Shown here piece after piece: positions 1 to 12,800 of a DNA stretch of 64,000 bases. How positions within the stretch are numbered: the stretch's first letter is position 1; the number at the start of each line of letters is the position of its first letter. A model generated the notes under the pieces. It searched no databases. It had not been told where the DNA came from and saw nothing but the letters and a program-made list of their open reading frames with translations. The translations under genes were made by a program, and so were the position numbers. Source of the stretch: Schizochytrium sp. TIO01 (Eukaryota > Protista > Bigyra: Labyrinthulomycetes); contig SMSO01000036.1 of assembly GCA_004764695.1 (NCBI GenBank), positions 992,001 to 1,056,000 on the forward strand, read 5' to 3'.

Positions 1-1259
1 AAGCGTTCTTTCTTGAAAGTTTCATGCATTCAGGACTCGGAGGACCACCGAAGAAGAGGCTTTCTCTTTCCACTAGCGCCAACTAACTACCCACTACCCT
101 ACCCGATGCTAGCAGCCCTCTACGATGGATGCTAATAGTCTCGCAGCAGCACTCTGCCTAGCCATTCTCCTACCGAGCCAACGCTATGCCCCAGCTACGG
201 TAAACGATAGGCCTCCTGTTGGCCACCCTGAAGGCGCTCATTCGTCCTCTGCTCAGATAGATTGATAGACAGACTGACACACAGACACACAGACACACAG
301 ACAGACAGACAGACAGATAGTTAGTGATCGAGACGCATTGAGGCGCATTGTGCCTCGATGAGACTGATTGCAGCGTTAGTTAGTTAGCTAGCTGCTCACT
401 TTGTTGCGGCCTCGACTTCTCGCAGATTGCCACCCTATTGACCGCGAGCACGTGCTCCCTTACTTAAGACAAACGTGGGAATCAAACAAGTTTCGTGAAA
501 TAAGTTGCTTCGCTCTCGTGAACGGCAGTACTGCTTACCATGGGGCATTTCTGTTTCGTCAGGTGTGGACTTGAGCAAGTGGGCAAATGCTTCATGGAGC
601 CTAACGCATCTGGCTCAGGTGACTTGAGGACACCACTTGCCCAGAAGAAGGCTCCTACCTCTGCGAGTGAGAGAACAGCTCGACGGGGTTACTTCAAGTT
701 TTATGCGTTAAATGTCGAGGAAGTACGCACGTACCTTAGGCTATCTACCTCCTAATCCTAAGACTAGGGCCGCAGCAAAGTACACACCGTAGCAGAGATC
801 GAACTTTGCTGCCTTGGTTTTAGGGGGAAATAGAAGTTTGTTTGACTTGATCCACAAGCAGTGTATTAATGTTTTCAAGTTGGGTGGCTGAAGGCGCACG
901 AATTTATGAAATAGACCACCCTACAACATCTTGACTTTGCCGATCCTTCGTGGGTGCAATTCTATTCTATGAGAATGGTCGCAACGGACCTCCGATGAGA
1001 AGTCTTATCATTTCATGCATCAGGTTTAGACTACTTTTTACACCTCAAACAGAAACTCCAATGGTCTGTTCCAGTCATCAATAGTACGCACATGCAAAGG
1101 ATATGAAAGTAAATTAGAACAAAAGATATAGCACAAAATACTTGCATCAGGTTTTACACACCGATGGGGAAACACAAAAGGTCTGAGTTTGCTTTCGCGC
1201 AGTGAAAGTGAAGCCACTGCGTAAGACAGCTACCTTGTCCTCTTTCAAAGAAAACAGAA

Positions 1260-1679
1260 ATGGATATTGAGGAGCTGAAGCTGGACGCGCTTCTCGAAGA
1301 AATTAATCTGGGGAAAATACTTCAAATTTTCGTGCGAGACCATTGGTCTGATATTGAAGGATTCCGAGATGGGCCACAGAAATGCGGGCCTTGTCAGTGT
1401 GGGCATGCTCCTCATGGGCACTCCAAAGGTGAATACTGTCATCTACTAGTCAATATCTTTGAGGAATTTCAAGAGCTTGTAGAATCTCGTATGCAGGTTG
1501 AACTTGGGGCGATTGGGTGGACTCGCGCGCAGCTGAGCGAAGCTTTGCTTCGAAACAGTCTCAACGAGCATTTAATAATTGCTGACACCATCACAAACAT
1601 TGATGCTTTTGCGGATTTACTTTTCAGAGAAATGGAACATCACGATCAAATTGCAGTGGAAACAAAAGATCTGTGGTGA
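1260..1679 (+). CDS. BART (ARL2-binding protein/CFAP36-like) domain protein, 139 aa
   Basis: ATG-started ORF. 'GEYCHLLVNIFEEFQELVESRMQVELGAIGWTRAQLSEAL...ITNIDAFADLL' follows the BART pattern (EYT.IH.EY..LVE..LE..L..LG.T..QF.EA...DDF..F..MM). Carries a Cys/His-rich insertion, CGPCQCGHAPHGH. Confidence 0.6.
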   Translation: MDIEELKLDALLEEINLGKILQIFVRDHWSDIEGFRDGPQKCGPCQCGHAPHGHSKGEYCHLLVNIFEEFQELVESRMQVELGAIGWTRAQLSEALLRNSLNEHLIIADTITNIDAFADLLFREMEHHDQIAVETKDLW

Positions 1680-2404
1680 AGAGGTGATTTTTATCTGAGA
1701 TATAAAACCAAGGTCTCATCAGCAGATCATATTCAGAAAGGTGCTGCAAACTAACTTGGAGATATCTCATACACTATAATTTAGAATCTAGAATATTACT
1801 ACAAACGTGCGTTGGCTGGGATTCCTTTATTCAAATATACTAAAGAGCAAAATATTGTACTCCGTGCTTAAAGCAACCTCAAAATCTTGTATCAAGCGCT
1901 ACATACTCATGGCTATGCCCTTTTCTTCAATGTGAAACTTCAATCTAATGTAACAGCACATTTGTTTGTCATGTTTTTTTCAACCCAATATTACAAAGAT
2001 GTGAGGCTACTCTGACGAGGTAGATGACTAAAGATAGCTCTTAGATATCTCCCCTCTAAAATCTTTGTCCAGAAAAAGGGGGAAAGAAAGAAAGAATGAA
2101 TGAAAATCTAACTTCTAACCACGTCATACGACTATAGTTTGTTCGCCAATTGCTGTGCTTCGTGTGTATAAAACAAACAAACAAACAAATAAATAAATAA
2201 ATAAATAAATAACTCCGAGTGTTCATGGTAACGCTACGTGTTCATGTTATATTTCTTTTGCGGTTCAAGAAACCTTGTTTCAGAGGGTTGTCAACCCACA
2301 ATTACTTAGAATTTATACCAAGTTTTAATTTAAAAGATCTATCCTAGTCAGAGTGACAATAAAATCGTAGACCACGTGCTTGTGTGCTTCTTCTCACGAA
2401 GCTT

Positions 2405-2450
2405 TAAAGAGTATTTATAATCTACTATAAAGAGTATTTATAATCTACTA
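2405..2450. repeat. Perfect 23-bp tandem duplication (TAAAGAGTATTTATAATCTACTA x2)
   Basis: Read directly: 2405-2427 equals 2428-2450. Confidence 0.9.
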
Positions 2451-3216
2451 CAGCCTCAAGGAGGAGAGGCCCTTCAAATCGGTGCTGGAACCTTAATCAT
2501 ATGAACCTTAAAGCTACACTACTCCTAAGCAGCAACAGTAGACAAGAGCAGTTTCTCTTCTCCTCTGCGCTTATTTGCGCAAAGTTATTCACAACTGGTA
2601 GAATTGTTTCTTATGTTCTCCAAGTGGTCTATATTACTTACTGGCGATGGTACTCTCACGAATTGGAGTCCTAAGAGATCTTCTTTAATTCAAGTCAGTC
2701 AAAGCAGTCGCTCGTTTGACGATGGTACCTGCCTACCTACCTAAAACGTTAAAATCTTTTAGCAAGGTGGGGAAAACCCCACGTCAAAACGCTTTTACTG
2801 ATTACCGCATCGCTGGAGATGAAGATATTGAAGACGTGAATGGATGTTATGGGGTGCTAGAAAGCGAGTCAGTCTCTAAGCTCTATCGCATCGGACGACA
2901 AATTCACTCAAGCTTGGGAGTCTCTCGGCGGAAGAAGGCTTACTCAACTACGAACCTATCTTTCTACCTACAATACAAATCTTTTAGCTTGTTGGACAAA
3001 CAAAACAAACAAACAAACAAACAAACAAACAAAAAACAAAAAAAACAAAAAGCATGAACTTCAATGATCTCTTAGAAAACTAAAGGCCCTTTGGCTTAAT
3101 ATGATCACGGAGCAGCAAGGTTTTTGGTAGAACATGTTAACCAGGCAGTACGTGTTTGTTGTCTTGATTCGTCCATTTCTCATCATTTGATCAATTATTT
3201 CTTTTCATTAAAATTT

Positions 3217-4044
<828 letters not shown>

Positions 4045-5838
4045 TAAAAAGAGTTTAAAAAAATAAGAAAAAGAAGGTAAAAATCACAAAGGAAGGAAGG
4101 GCTCTTTCCAAAGGACCTCGAGCAGAATAGAACTACCTCAGCTCAGAACCAACCAATGAACAACGTCGAAGTCGAAGGCCCCACGCCCCCATTAAGAACC
4201 AACAAGACTCGACTTCGCCCAGCTCTTCATGCCAGAGCTTGCTAGTCTCCCGATAAATAAACACCTACTCTCGAGCAGCTGAGGTATCTTTAGCCCAAGT
4301 GCCCATTGATTGCACTGGTCTCTGCTTGCAAGGCGCAGGTATCAACGCCTCTGCCAATGCTCCAGCCCATGAACTAAGGACCATGGGACGGCTCAGTCGC
4401 GAAGAAGAGCGCTGAGCAGAGCCCCGGAAACGGCACGTGTTTCCAAGGGAGGAATTGAATGACAGACAGATTCCGAGGGGAATGTTGACTCTTGGATTCC
4501 TCCATTCTTTCGACCTCCCGACCTCGAGAGTTTGTTTCTGACGGGACAGAGGCTTCAAGCCATGAGCAAACGCGTGAACAAACAAGTCGAACCGTGCTCG
4601 ATAGTAAAAGCTCTCGTCGCGCGCGTCAAGCTCCATCTGCGGAGCGCTTGGGCTTCTTCTGCCCAAGAAGGAGATTGAGCGCATGCATGTGCTCGCCCCA
4701 TCGGCACCAGTTCCTTCGTTCAGTTTCTCCCATCTCTCTCCAAGACCTCAGCGTCGCAGATGCGTGGAGAGGAACCGTGGCGCAGGAACTTCGCCGCCGA
4801 GGCATAATAGCGGCGTCTGCGAACCCACAAACAGACCGGCAGAGGGGGCCTGGTCCGCCTCGCTTCGAGAGGACCAGCGCAGTGCTGTGCATTGAGCTCT
4901 ATAGTGAATATGAACTGTTTCCAAGAACCAGAGCTGATTGAAAGAAAGAAAGAAAGAAAGCAAAAGCGCTCACTCCCTTACTTACTTACTTACTTACTGA
5001 GGCGTCGAAAGCGAGTGAGTGGTCCGGCCTGAAAGTCCTGGAGAGAGATGGGCTGCGAGGGTGGGCACGTGTCTACGAAATGCCTTTGGATCATCGTTGA
5101 TTGCCTCTTGCTTGGGGAGGGAGGGAGTGAGTGCGTGCGTGCTTATTCTTTGAGAGTTGGAGGACCGGAAGGGATGCGTCTTTTTCGTTTCTTTCTCTTC
5201 TTATTATTGATTGTAAAAACAGCCAATTACTTTGAAAGAAATTATGATTATCATTATAGTTGTAACTAAATTAGACAGGTAAGTAAATGAACAGAGTAGG
5301 ATTCTAACGAAAATGTTACAACTTCAAGTTGGAACTTGGATAAAACTAATAAATTGAAAACGCTCTTCTTTCTTTCTTTTTCCATTTTTTTTTTAATATT
5401 TTTTTTTAAGTTTTATTTTTTAAGTTCTACTTTCCAAAAGTGATATTTTCTAAAAGCGAGTGGGTACCTAGATGCCTTCTAGCTTTTACTATACAGGTGG
5501 TACTCATCAGCATCACTAGTGGGGAACTACAAGCAACAGTGGTCCGGGCCCGCGTACAGACTTAGTTTTGAAGAAATTACCAAGAACCGCCAAGAAGGAT
5601 CTTTGCAAACCCATATTGCGGAGTTGCTCGTGCGGCTGCCTGATTGGGTACCCTTCGGCGCATAGACACGGAGGTGAACCAGAGCAGCTACACCAAAGGA
5701 ATTGTGCTGCTAGACACACGCCTGATTTTAGCTTTTGCAAACACGACTCTGTCCGAGTTTGAGTAGTCTGTCAACGAGGGGTCCACGCCACGCAAAGAGG
5801 ACGAGCGAGACCTTGACGTTGAACATCAGTGCATAACA

Positions 5839-7000
5839 ATGGCCGATGAGCAAAATGGCGACAGCGTGGTTTTAGAAGAAGAGATTGACCCAGATTATAC
5901 ACCAACGATTGACGAGCAGATTGACTATGGACAATGGCTGGGTATGAGCTTTCCCGAAGATGATGACCTACTCTGGATTGCTCGCGAAGGACTCAAAGCA
6001 CCGCTGCCAGAACATTGGAAACCGTGTCGCACCCTTGACACCGGTGAAATCGTAAGTTGATCAAATGAAGCAAAATGAATGAATAGCCTCGGGGGGCGAC
6101 TTTGCGTATTTGTCATCGAGCTTGTTCCTTGTTCTAGCTTGGTTTGAGGAATGTTTGAAAGACTAACTTTTGGCTGTGGAATTATACTGTCTTGATCGCT
6201 GGGGTTAATTGTGAACGTGTTACTTTTTTATTTATTTTGGGTGCATGTTTGTGTCAACTTTGTGATCATTTCTGAACGCATTAACATTTTGATAGTACTA
6301 CTTTTCTTTTGCTGATGGCCAATCAAGTTGGGACCACCCGTGCGACTCTTTCTACCGCAACCTATATCAAGAGGAGAAAAGAAACCGGAACCTTCGTTCC
6401 AGATCCCAAAACAATCATAGGTTGAACAGCGATACCGGAAGTGAAGAACAATCGGAAACCTCCAGCTCAAGTGAGGAAGACGAAGCGTCAACTACCCCTT
6501 TCGTTTCCCTTTCCCAAGTAAATGAAAATGGAAGCGAGGAATCCACCATCAGTCAACAGCGCACGGCAGCTCCAGTCACTCAAGCAGAAGATTACTTGAG
6601 TTCACCACAATCCGATTTGTCTGGGAACGCACGAAACTCACTCACTGCCAACCAAAACACAGAGGAGGTTTCTTCTGTTGACCCCGGACACCTCGATGAT
6701 GGTGTGACTCACGCAAAAACTGTCACTGTAGCCACGACTCTTGACGAAATTGCCCAAGCAGAAGTTACATATGCTGTACCAAAGCAGCAGCAACATGCTA
6801 TTTTCGATCTTGAAAAGCAGCAAATTGAGACCGCCCGAGCCTTCCACTTGATGAAGAATGTGGACGACAAAGATGATAAAGGTTATGCACGCCCTCTTCA
6901 CCGCGCAAACTCGAGGCTCCAACATTACCTTTACGTTTTGGCATTTTTGGCCTTAGTTCTCTTTCTCTGCATTAATTATCATCGTTGCATTGAAATCTAA
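5839..7000 (+). CDS. Truncated CEP164 paralog: N-terminal WW module, disordered linker and C-terminal transmembrane helix; exons 5839-6051 and 6296-7000, ~305 aa
   Basis: Exon 1 (VLEEEIDPDYTPT..EQIDYGQWLGM....DDDLLWIAREGLKAPLPEHWKPC) is the CEP164 N-terminal signature. The GTAAGT...TTAAC...TAG intron (6052-6295) splices in frame to YYFSFADGQSSWDHPCD, which completes the WW domain and continues into ORF 6422-7000. That ORF ends in hydrophobic YLYVLAFLALVLFLCI. Confidence 0.85.
5850..6363 (+). repeat. Copy 1 of a 514-bp direct repeat (copy 2 at 9892-10405, offset 4042)
   Basis: By eye only 4 mismatches (5893, 5932, 6218, 6230) across exon 1, the intron and the start of exon 2. Confidence 0.95.
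6052..6295 (+). other. Spliceosomal intron (244 nt, phase 0) splitting the WW domain
   Basis: GTAAGT donor, TTAAC branch-like motif at 6281 and TAG acceptor; removing it restores the WW domain. Confidence 0.9.
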
Positions 7001-9880
7001 ACCATACAAGTCATACTTTTCACAATCTAAACTAGTTATTTGACAAACTTCTGAACCTTGGTTGCATCGCTAGTTCTCTATTGAGGTGGGTCCAAATTTG
7101 AGTCTCCTGGATTATAATTTCTCTTCTTGACTTCCAAATCTTTCATAACTCTTGTTGAAGTTTTGAAGGGGGGGAAATTGTAATCTGAATATCCTCGGGC
7201 TAGGCATGGACTTGTTTTCTTTTCTTTTCCAGGCACCAAAGAAACTCACCTCTTTGAGGATGATGAATCATCTTCCAACTGTGCCTTGCAGGCTGCCTAA
7301 TTTAAATCTAATTCCACGGCTCACCAAAGATTCTCGAGGTTCATCCAGTTACATTCATTTGAGAACCCAGGCTAGTACAATTTATCTAGTGACCAAATCA
7401 TTCTTTTTACCCAATATATAACGGTGCATTATTAGACCTTCTTCATCATGATCTCGAGGCGATAATTATTTAGATTAAAACTCGTTACCTGCTCGATATA
7501 CTCAAAACTTCTCGGTTCCAGAGGCTTTTGTGCGACAATGTGAAAAACATAGTCGAGCAGGTTTTAATTACACAAATTGTCCTGTACACTGCCTGTTTAT
7601 GGCAAACCTACTGAATTTTGAAACACAGTCAATTCTATCGACATCAAGCACCTAGTATATACCATCACTCTTGCTCTTTGCAATGTCACCGAACATCATA
7701 TGTAGTATTAAAGAAAGAAGAAGAAGGAGAAGAAGAGGTGCCAGCAATTTACAATGATTTGATAGGTTCTTGAGAAGAAAAGGATGCGTCAGAATGTGCC
7801 ATCTTTCCAGTTTCTTTTCTAAAGAGAAAGGTGAAACGACGTCTAAAGGTTAATTTGGAAAAAAGAAGAAAAGACAAAAAGGTGACTTTGAAGACCTGTT
7901 TCTGTATCCCAGTCCCATCTTTCATGGAATCATCCTTTCTGCAGGATTACAAGCACAGCGAGAATATGACTCAAGAGAAATGTTGGACTTCCAGCTGATT
8001 GCCTGCCAGCCCTAAATGAGATCAAGGGCTCTCTGCACCACTAACCAAGAGAATTCACTATCAACTTAGGAGTTCCCTCACACTTAGAACGCAGAAATGA
8101 AACCCTTTTTGTAGCATACGTTCCTACTCTGAAAGATCATTTGAAGTAGTGGACAGGGAAGTGAAGTGAAAGACCTGTCCAGCAGCAGCGCACTTTACTG
8201 TTATCTTAGACCTACTCGAAACCATCCTACCACTCGGCCTAACAGTCTTCTTCCTGAGCGATGAAAACGTTGAAAACTCGAGCTTCTTGATGTAAAGCTT
8301 TCATTTGCGAACTCAAATATGCCCACATATTCGGAGTTCCACGAAGTCCACGAAGTGGAGTCGCAGCTTCAAGCAGGGAGCAAACGGCCCACGGAAAAGG
8401 TGGGTTTGCACACAAACAATCGGCGCACGGCCCTCGTGTCGCACCACCTACTACCACCACTACCTAATTCGGTCTTCGACACCACTAACGAAAATGAAAA
8501 TGCCAACGAATTTGATTGATTGTGATTGTGATTAGTTGCGATGAATTGAACGAAGGAAGTAAGGATTGAATGAGCTTGCTTACTCGAACTAGTGATTGCG
8601 AATGAGGGAATGAGTGAATGCATTGGCAAGTAAGTGCCCAAGTGCTCTGGCTTTGAAAGACACGCTTCGGCCTTTTATGTTTAATGCTAAACTTTCTTGG
8701 TTTTGATATCTCCTTATCTTGCTAAAAGTAAGTTTTTAACTCAAAAAAACCAAAACAAAAAAGAAAAAGAAGAAAGAATGAGCCCCAAAATAACAAAGTA
8801 TAGAATGAACATTGAATTAAAAAAACATACATAGTACTGTTACTTGTAATGATTATACCCGCCCATTTTTCATCAAAAGAATGGCAATCGCTTCAAGAAG
8901 GCATGGAGAAGAAGCCCTCGATAGCTTTTCTAGACAACGTTCACTCAGCCAAGGCGTCAAGAGAAGCAGAGGGCTGTGCTGTAGCGCGACCTCCACGCTC
9001 GCATCGGCGCTATGTTGCTGGTTTGATCGGTCGTTGCTGAGTTTGATTTGGCGTGCGCGTTTCATTATTTTCTTCTTATTCTGCATTAGTTTCGTGTGGT
9101 CTTTCATTCTGAAATATTATGCCTTTTTGCATACAGGAATACTAAGACTCGTGCAAAGAAGATATAGCAAATGTAGGCTATTAGGGTACTCCGTAGGGGC
9201 TCTTAGGTGGCATGGGAAAGAGTTAACATATTTTCCTCGATTGATGCAATCTCATCCAATTCTACTTCGACGTCTCGAGGAGCACGTCCGCTGCTAGGTG
9301 AGGCAGGACACTACAAACCGCGAGGGCAGCGGCGAGCTCCCGTAGGAAGGTCTTGCCTGCGATTTCCACACAAGCAAAGGGCTTGCGTGGTGGAAGAAAG
9401 ACCAAGGACGGGCTGTTTAGAAACAGCGACTCGTTGAATCGTTCAAAGGAGCCCCAAGGCAAAATACAATACTCACCACGCAAAACTACTTGCACAGAAT
9501 AATATAGACCTAGCTCTCTGTAGGGCTGAGGTCCAGTTGAAACCTCGCGGAGCTCGCTAAATAACAGTTTGAAGATCGTGCTGTGAACACAAAGTGAGCC
9601 TTGTTTTCAGTCTTTTCTTTCGTTGAAGAACGCCTTCTTTTGGATGCTAAGACGGTGACTTCGTTCACAGGGTTTGCCGAGCTCAAGGCTGTCCGAGCTT
9701 ATCGTTACATTGCTTTCTTTGAAGACGTAAAGCTAATACTGTCAAGCCTGCCCTGGCTGCGATCAAACCATCAAGTGGGGTTTCGTGTTTGGGGACGCAA
9801 ACATTAACTGGTTCGTTGGCCACGTCGTTGAGGAAGTCTTTTCGTATAACTTGAAAACCTAGGATAAAGGCGTCAGCATC

Positions 9881-12800
9881 ATGGCTGCTGCGCAAAATGG
9901 CGACAGCGTGGTTTTAGAAGAAGAGATTGACCCAAATTATACACCAACGATTGACGAGCAGATTGACTATGGAAAATGGCTGGGTATGAGCTTTCCCGAA
10001 GATGATGACCTACTCTGGATTGCTCGCGAAGGACTCAAAGCACCGCTGCCAGAACATTGGAAACCGTGTCGCACCCTTGACACCGGTGAAATCGTAAGTT
10101 GATCAAATGAAGCAAAATGAATGAATAGCCTCGGGGGGCGACTTTGCGTATTTGTCATCGAGCTTGTTCCTTGTTCTAGCTTGGTTTGAGGAATGTTTGA
10201 AAGACTAACTTTTGGCTGTGGAATTATACTGTCTTGATCGCTGGGGTTAATTGTGAACGCGTTACTTTTTTTTTTATTTTGGGTGCATGTTTGTGTCAAC
10301 TTTGTGATCATTTCTGAACGCATTAACATTTTGATAGTACTACTTTTCTTTTGCTGATGGCCAATCAAGTTGGGACCACCCGTGCGACTCTTTCTACCGC
10401 AACCTCTATGAAGAGGAAAAAAAGCGACGGAACCTCAGTAAACAAAACGGGCTGTCCCAGGATAGTTCAAAACGTCACGAATCCGAAAGTGATGATGTGC
10501 GCAGAATCATTGATATGCAGAAGCGCGAAGGAGCTATTGACACGTCTGTACAAAACAAACTCGGCAAAACACGTGGCAAAACTCCACACGATCTCAACGC
10601 TCACAGGCCTGGCCATTCTAATGACATGGGGATGGGATCTGGCGCAGCGCTCAACAAGAAGGCAGTGCTACCGAAAATCAAACGCTCTCCCTTGGAAACG
10701 AACATGCCATCATCAAGATCTGATGTGGAGTCAAATGATGAACAGTCTGAAAAGTCCAGTCCCCGGGCAGGCTCATCGTTGCTCGGGTCGGCACACTCAG
10801 ATCTTTCTGATCAGCGCATGAAGCGAACATCAGTAGCATCCGAAAGAGGATCACAATTGACAGAGGATCGTCGTCGTAAAGGTCGCCGCGGTGACTCAGT
10901 TATTGTAGATGATGGTAACAACTATAGCAACATGAATCGACGCCGCGCGAATGGACACCGCTTCGAAGCCAACAGTCACGTCAGTAGTGGCGAGGAGGAT
11001 GACGAGGATGATGAGGATGAAGATGGTGAGAAAGATGAAGTGATGGGCAATGGGCACGGCCACGGCAGAGACTACAACATGGGATATGGTCGTGACTACC
11101 GGTCTTCGAAAGAACCAGCTTATATGCCAATGCAAAACCGCGGGGAACAAAAACAAGAACATGTAAACGGGGGGCTCTCTAATATTCATGCTGAGAATGA
11201 GCGGAAATTACAGGAAGCTCAAGATGTCTTTGATCAAAGCTTGGAAAACTTACGATTGCGCCTTGCTGATGAGAAAGTAATTCAAGAAGAAGAGCATGAG
11301 CAGCACATTCAACAACTTCAGGATGATTTTAGTAAATTCCAACGCCAAATCAAGCGAGCCCAAGATGACGCTCATCAAAAACACGACGAAGAATTAGCGC
11401 GATTACAAGACGAGTTAGAAAAATTCAATCAACAATACCTGGACAAAAAAGAAGAACTTCAAGAAAATCACAAGAATCTTATGCAAGAGCAAGAAGAAGA
11501 GCTTTCTCGAATTCAACAAAAGTTCAATCAAAAGAAAAACACACTCGATCAGCTTAGAAGAGATGTGGAAGCCTTGGAAGAGCAGTACGATAGGCTTACT
11601 GATATAGGGGATCTTCAACAGCAGTTGCAAGAAATAACCGACAAGGAGGAGTCAAGTCAACAACTTCTGCGAAAGGAGCGAGAGCATCGGGAGCGCATGG
11701 TGTCACAAATTGATGACTTTGAGCGAGAAAAATCAGAACTCATAGCGTCATTCGAGCGTGAACGTTTACAGATTGAGGAGGACTATAGGATTCAGCTGGA
11801 GGCCCAATCAAAACAGCTTGATGAGAAGGGTATCTCTAGTGAAGGGTCTAACTCTCTTACCCCTTCTCAACCATCTCGTGATCCAAACGACGTGGCGGAA
11901 TTAGCATCAAAACAAGAACTGATTGCTGAGTTGCAGAGCCAGCTTCAAGATGTCCGGCAAGCCCTGGAGGCGTCAAGATTGGAAAGCAAAGACATTAGCC
12001 ATACATTGGCAAATGAACGCCTTAAGTTTGAAAACCTTGAAAGTTCACATCAAACACAAGTTCGGGAAATTAGACAAATACAAGCAAACTGCGAAGAATG
12101 GGAAGAAAAATACAATAAGGCTGTGGCATCCTTGCTCGCTTTTCAAGAAGACCAAACACAGTCTGGGAAAACTCTAGATGACGAGGTGACGAAGGCGGGT
12201 AGGCAAACTGAAGCTGCCCTTGAGCGAGCGCGTATTGCCGAGGAGCAACATTCAAGCCAGGCGTTGGCGCATCGCACAGAACGTGAACGGTTGCAGGAAT
12301 GCCTCTCTAAAGCTCAAACCGACGCCAAAGCTTTGGAGAGTCGAGTAGAGGCCCTTGAGCTTACCCTTATCTGAAACAGAAACTGAGGCAAGGCAGTCAA
12401 ACACTGAAAAACGAAAGCTTCAATCGTTACTTGACACTGCACATGAGAAATGTGCAAATGTAGAAAATAGGTGTAAGACGCTTGAGTCTTTGCTTGAGGC
12501 ATCGCGCTCAGAAAATGATCAGAACGAGGTTTCCCAGAATGCACTTGGAAGACTAGAAATGGAATTAAATGAGGCTCGTACTGATTTGATGAACGAGCGA
12601 TCGAAGGCACGTTCTGAACAAAATGCTTTAGAAGAAAACATCGAAGATCTGAAGGCAGAGCTACAAAAAGCAAGGGACCGGGAGATCTCCCTTGATGCAG
12701 AAACAAAGAAGAAAGTGTTCGATCTTCAGGAGAAATTGACTACAGCAGAAACACTTAGCGCAACGTTGAATCAGGAAATTTGTGTTCTTGAGGAAAGGAA

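Noticed and set aside
3085-3107. GGCCCTTTGGCTTAATATGATCA resembling the U2 snRNA 5' end (also CGCTTCGGCCTTTT at ~8663)
   Set aside because: The match is short and lacks the GTGTAGTA branch-pairing sequence and Sm site.
10351-10821. 156-aa ORF overlapping CEP164 exon 2
   Set aside because: Alternative frame; the spliced WW-domain frame is the one matching ORF 10497-12374.
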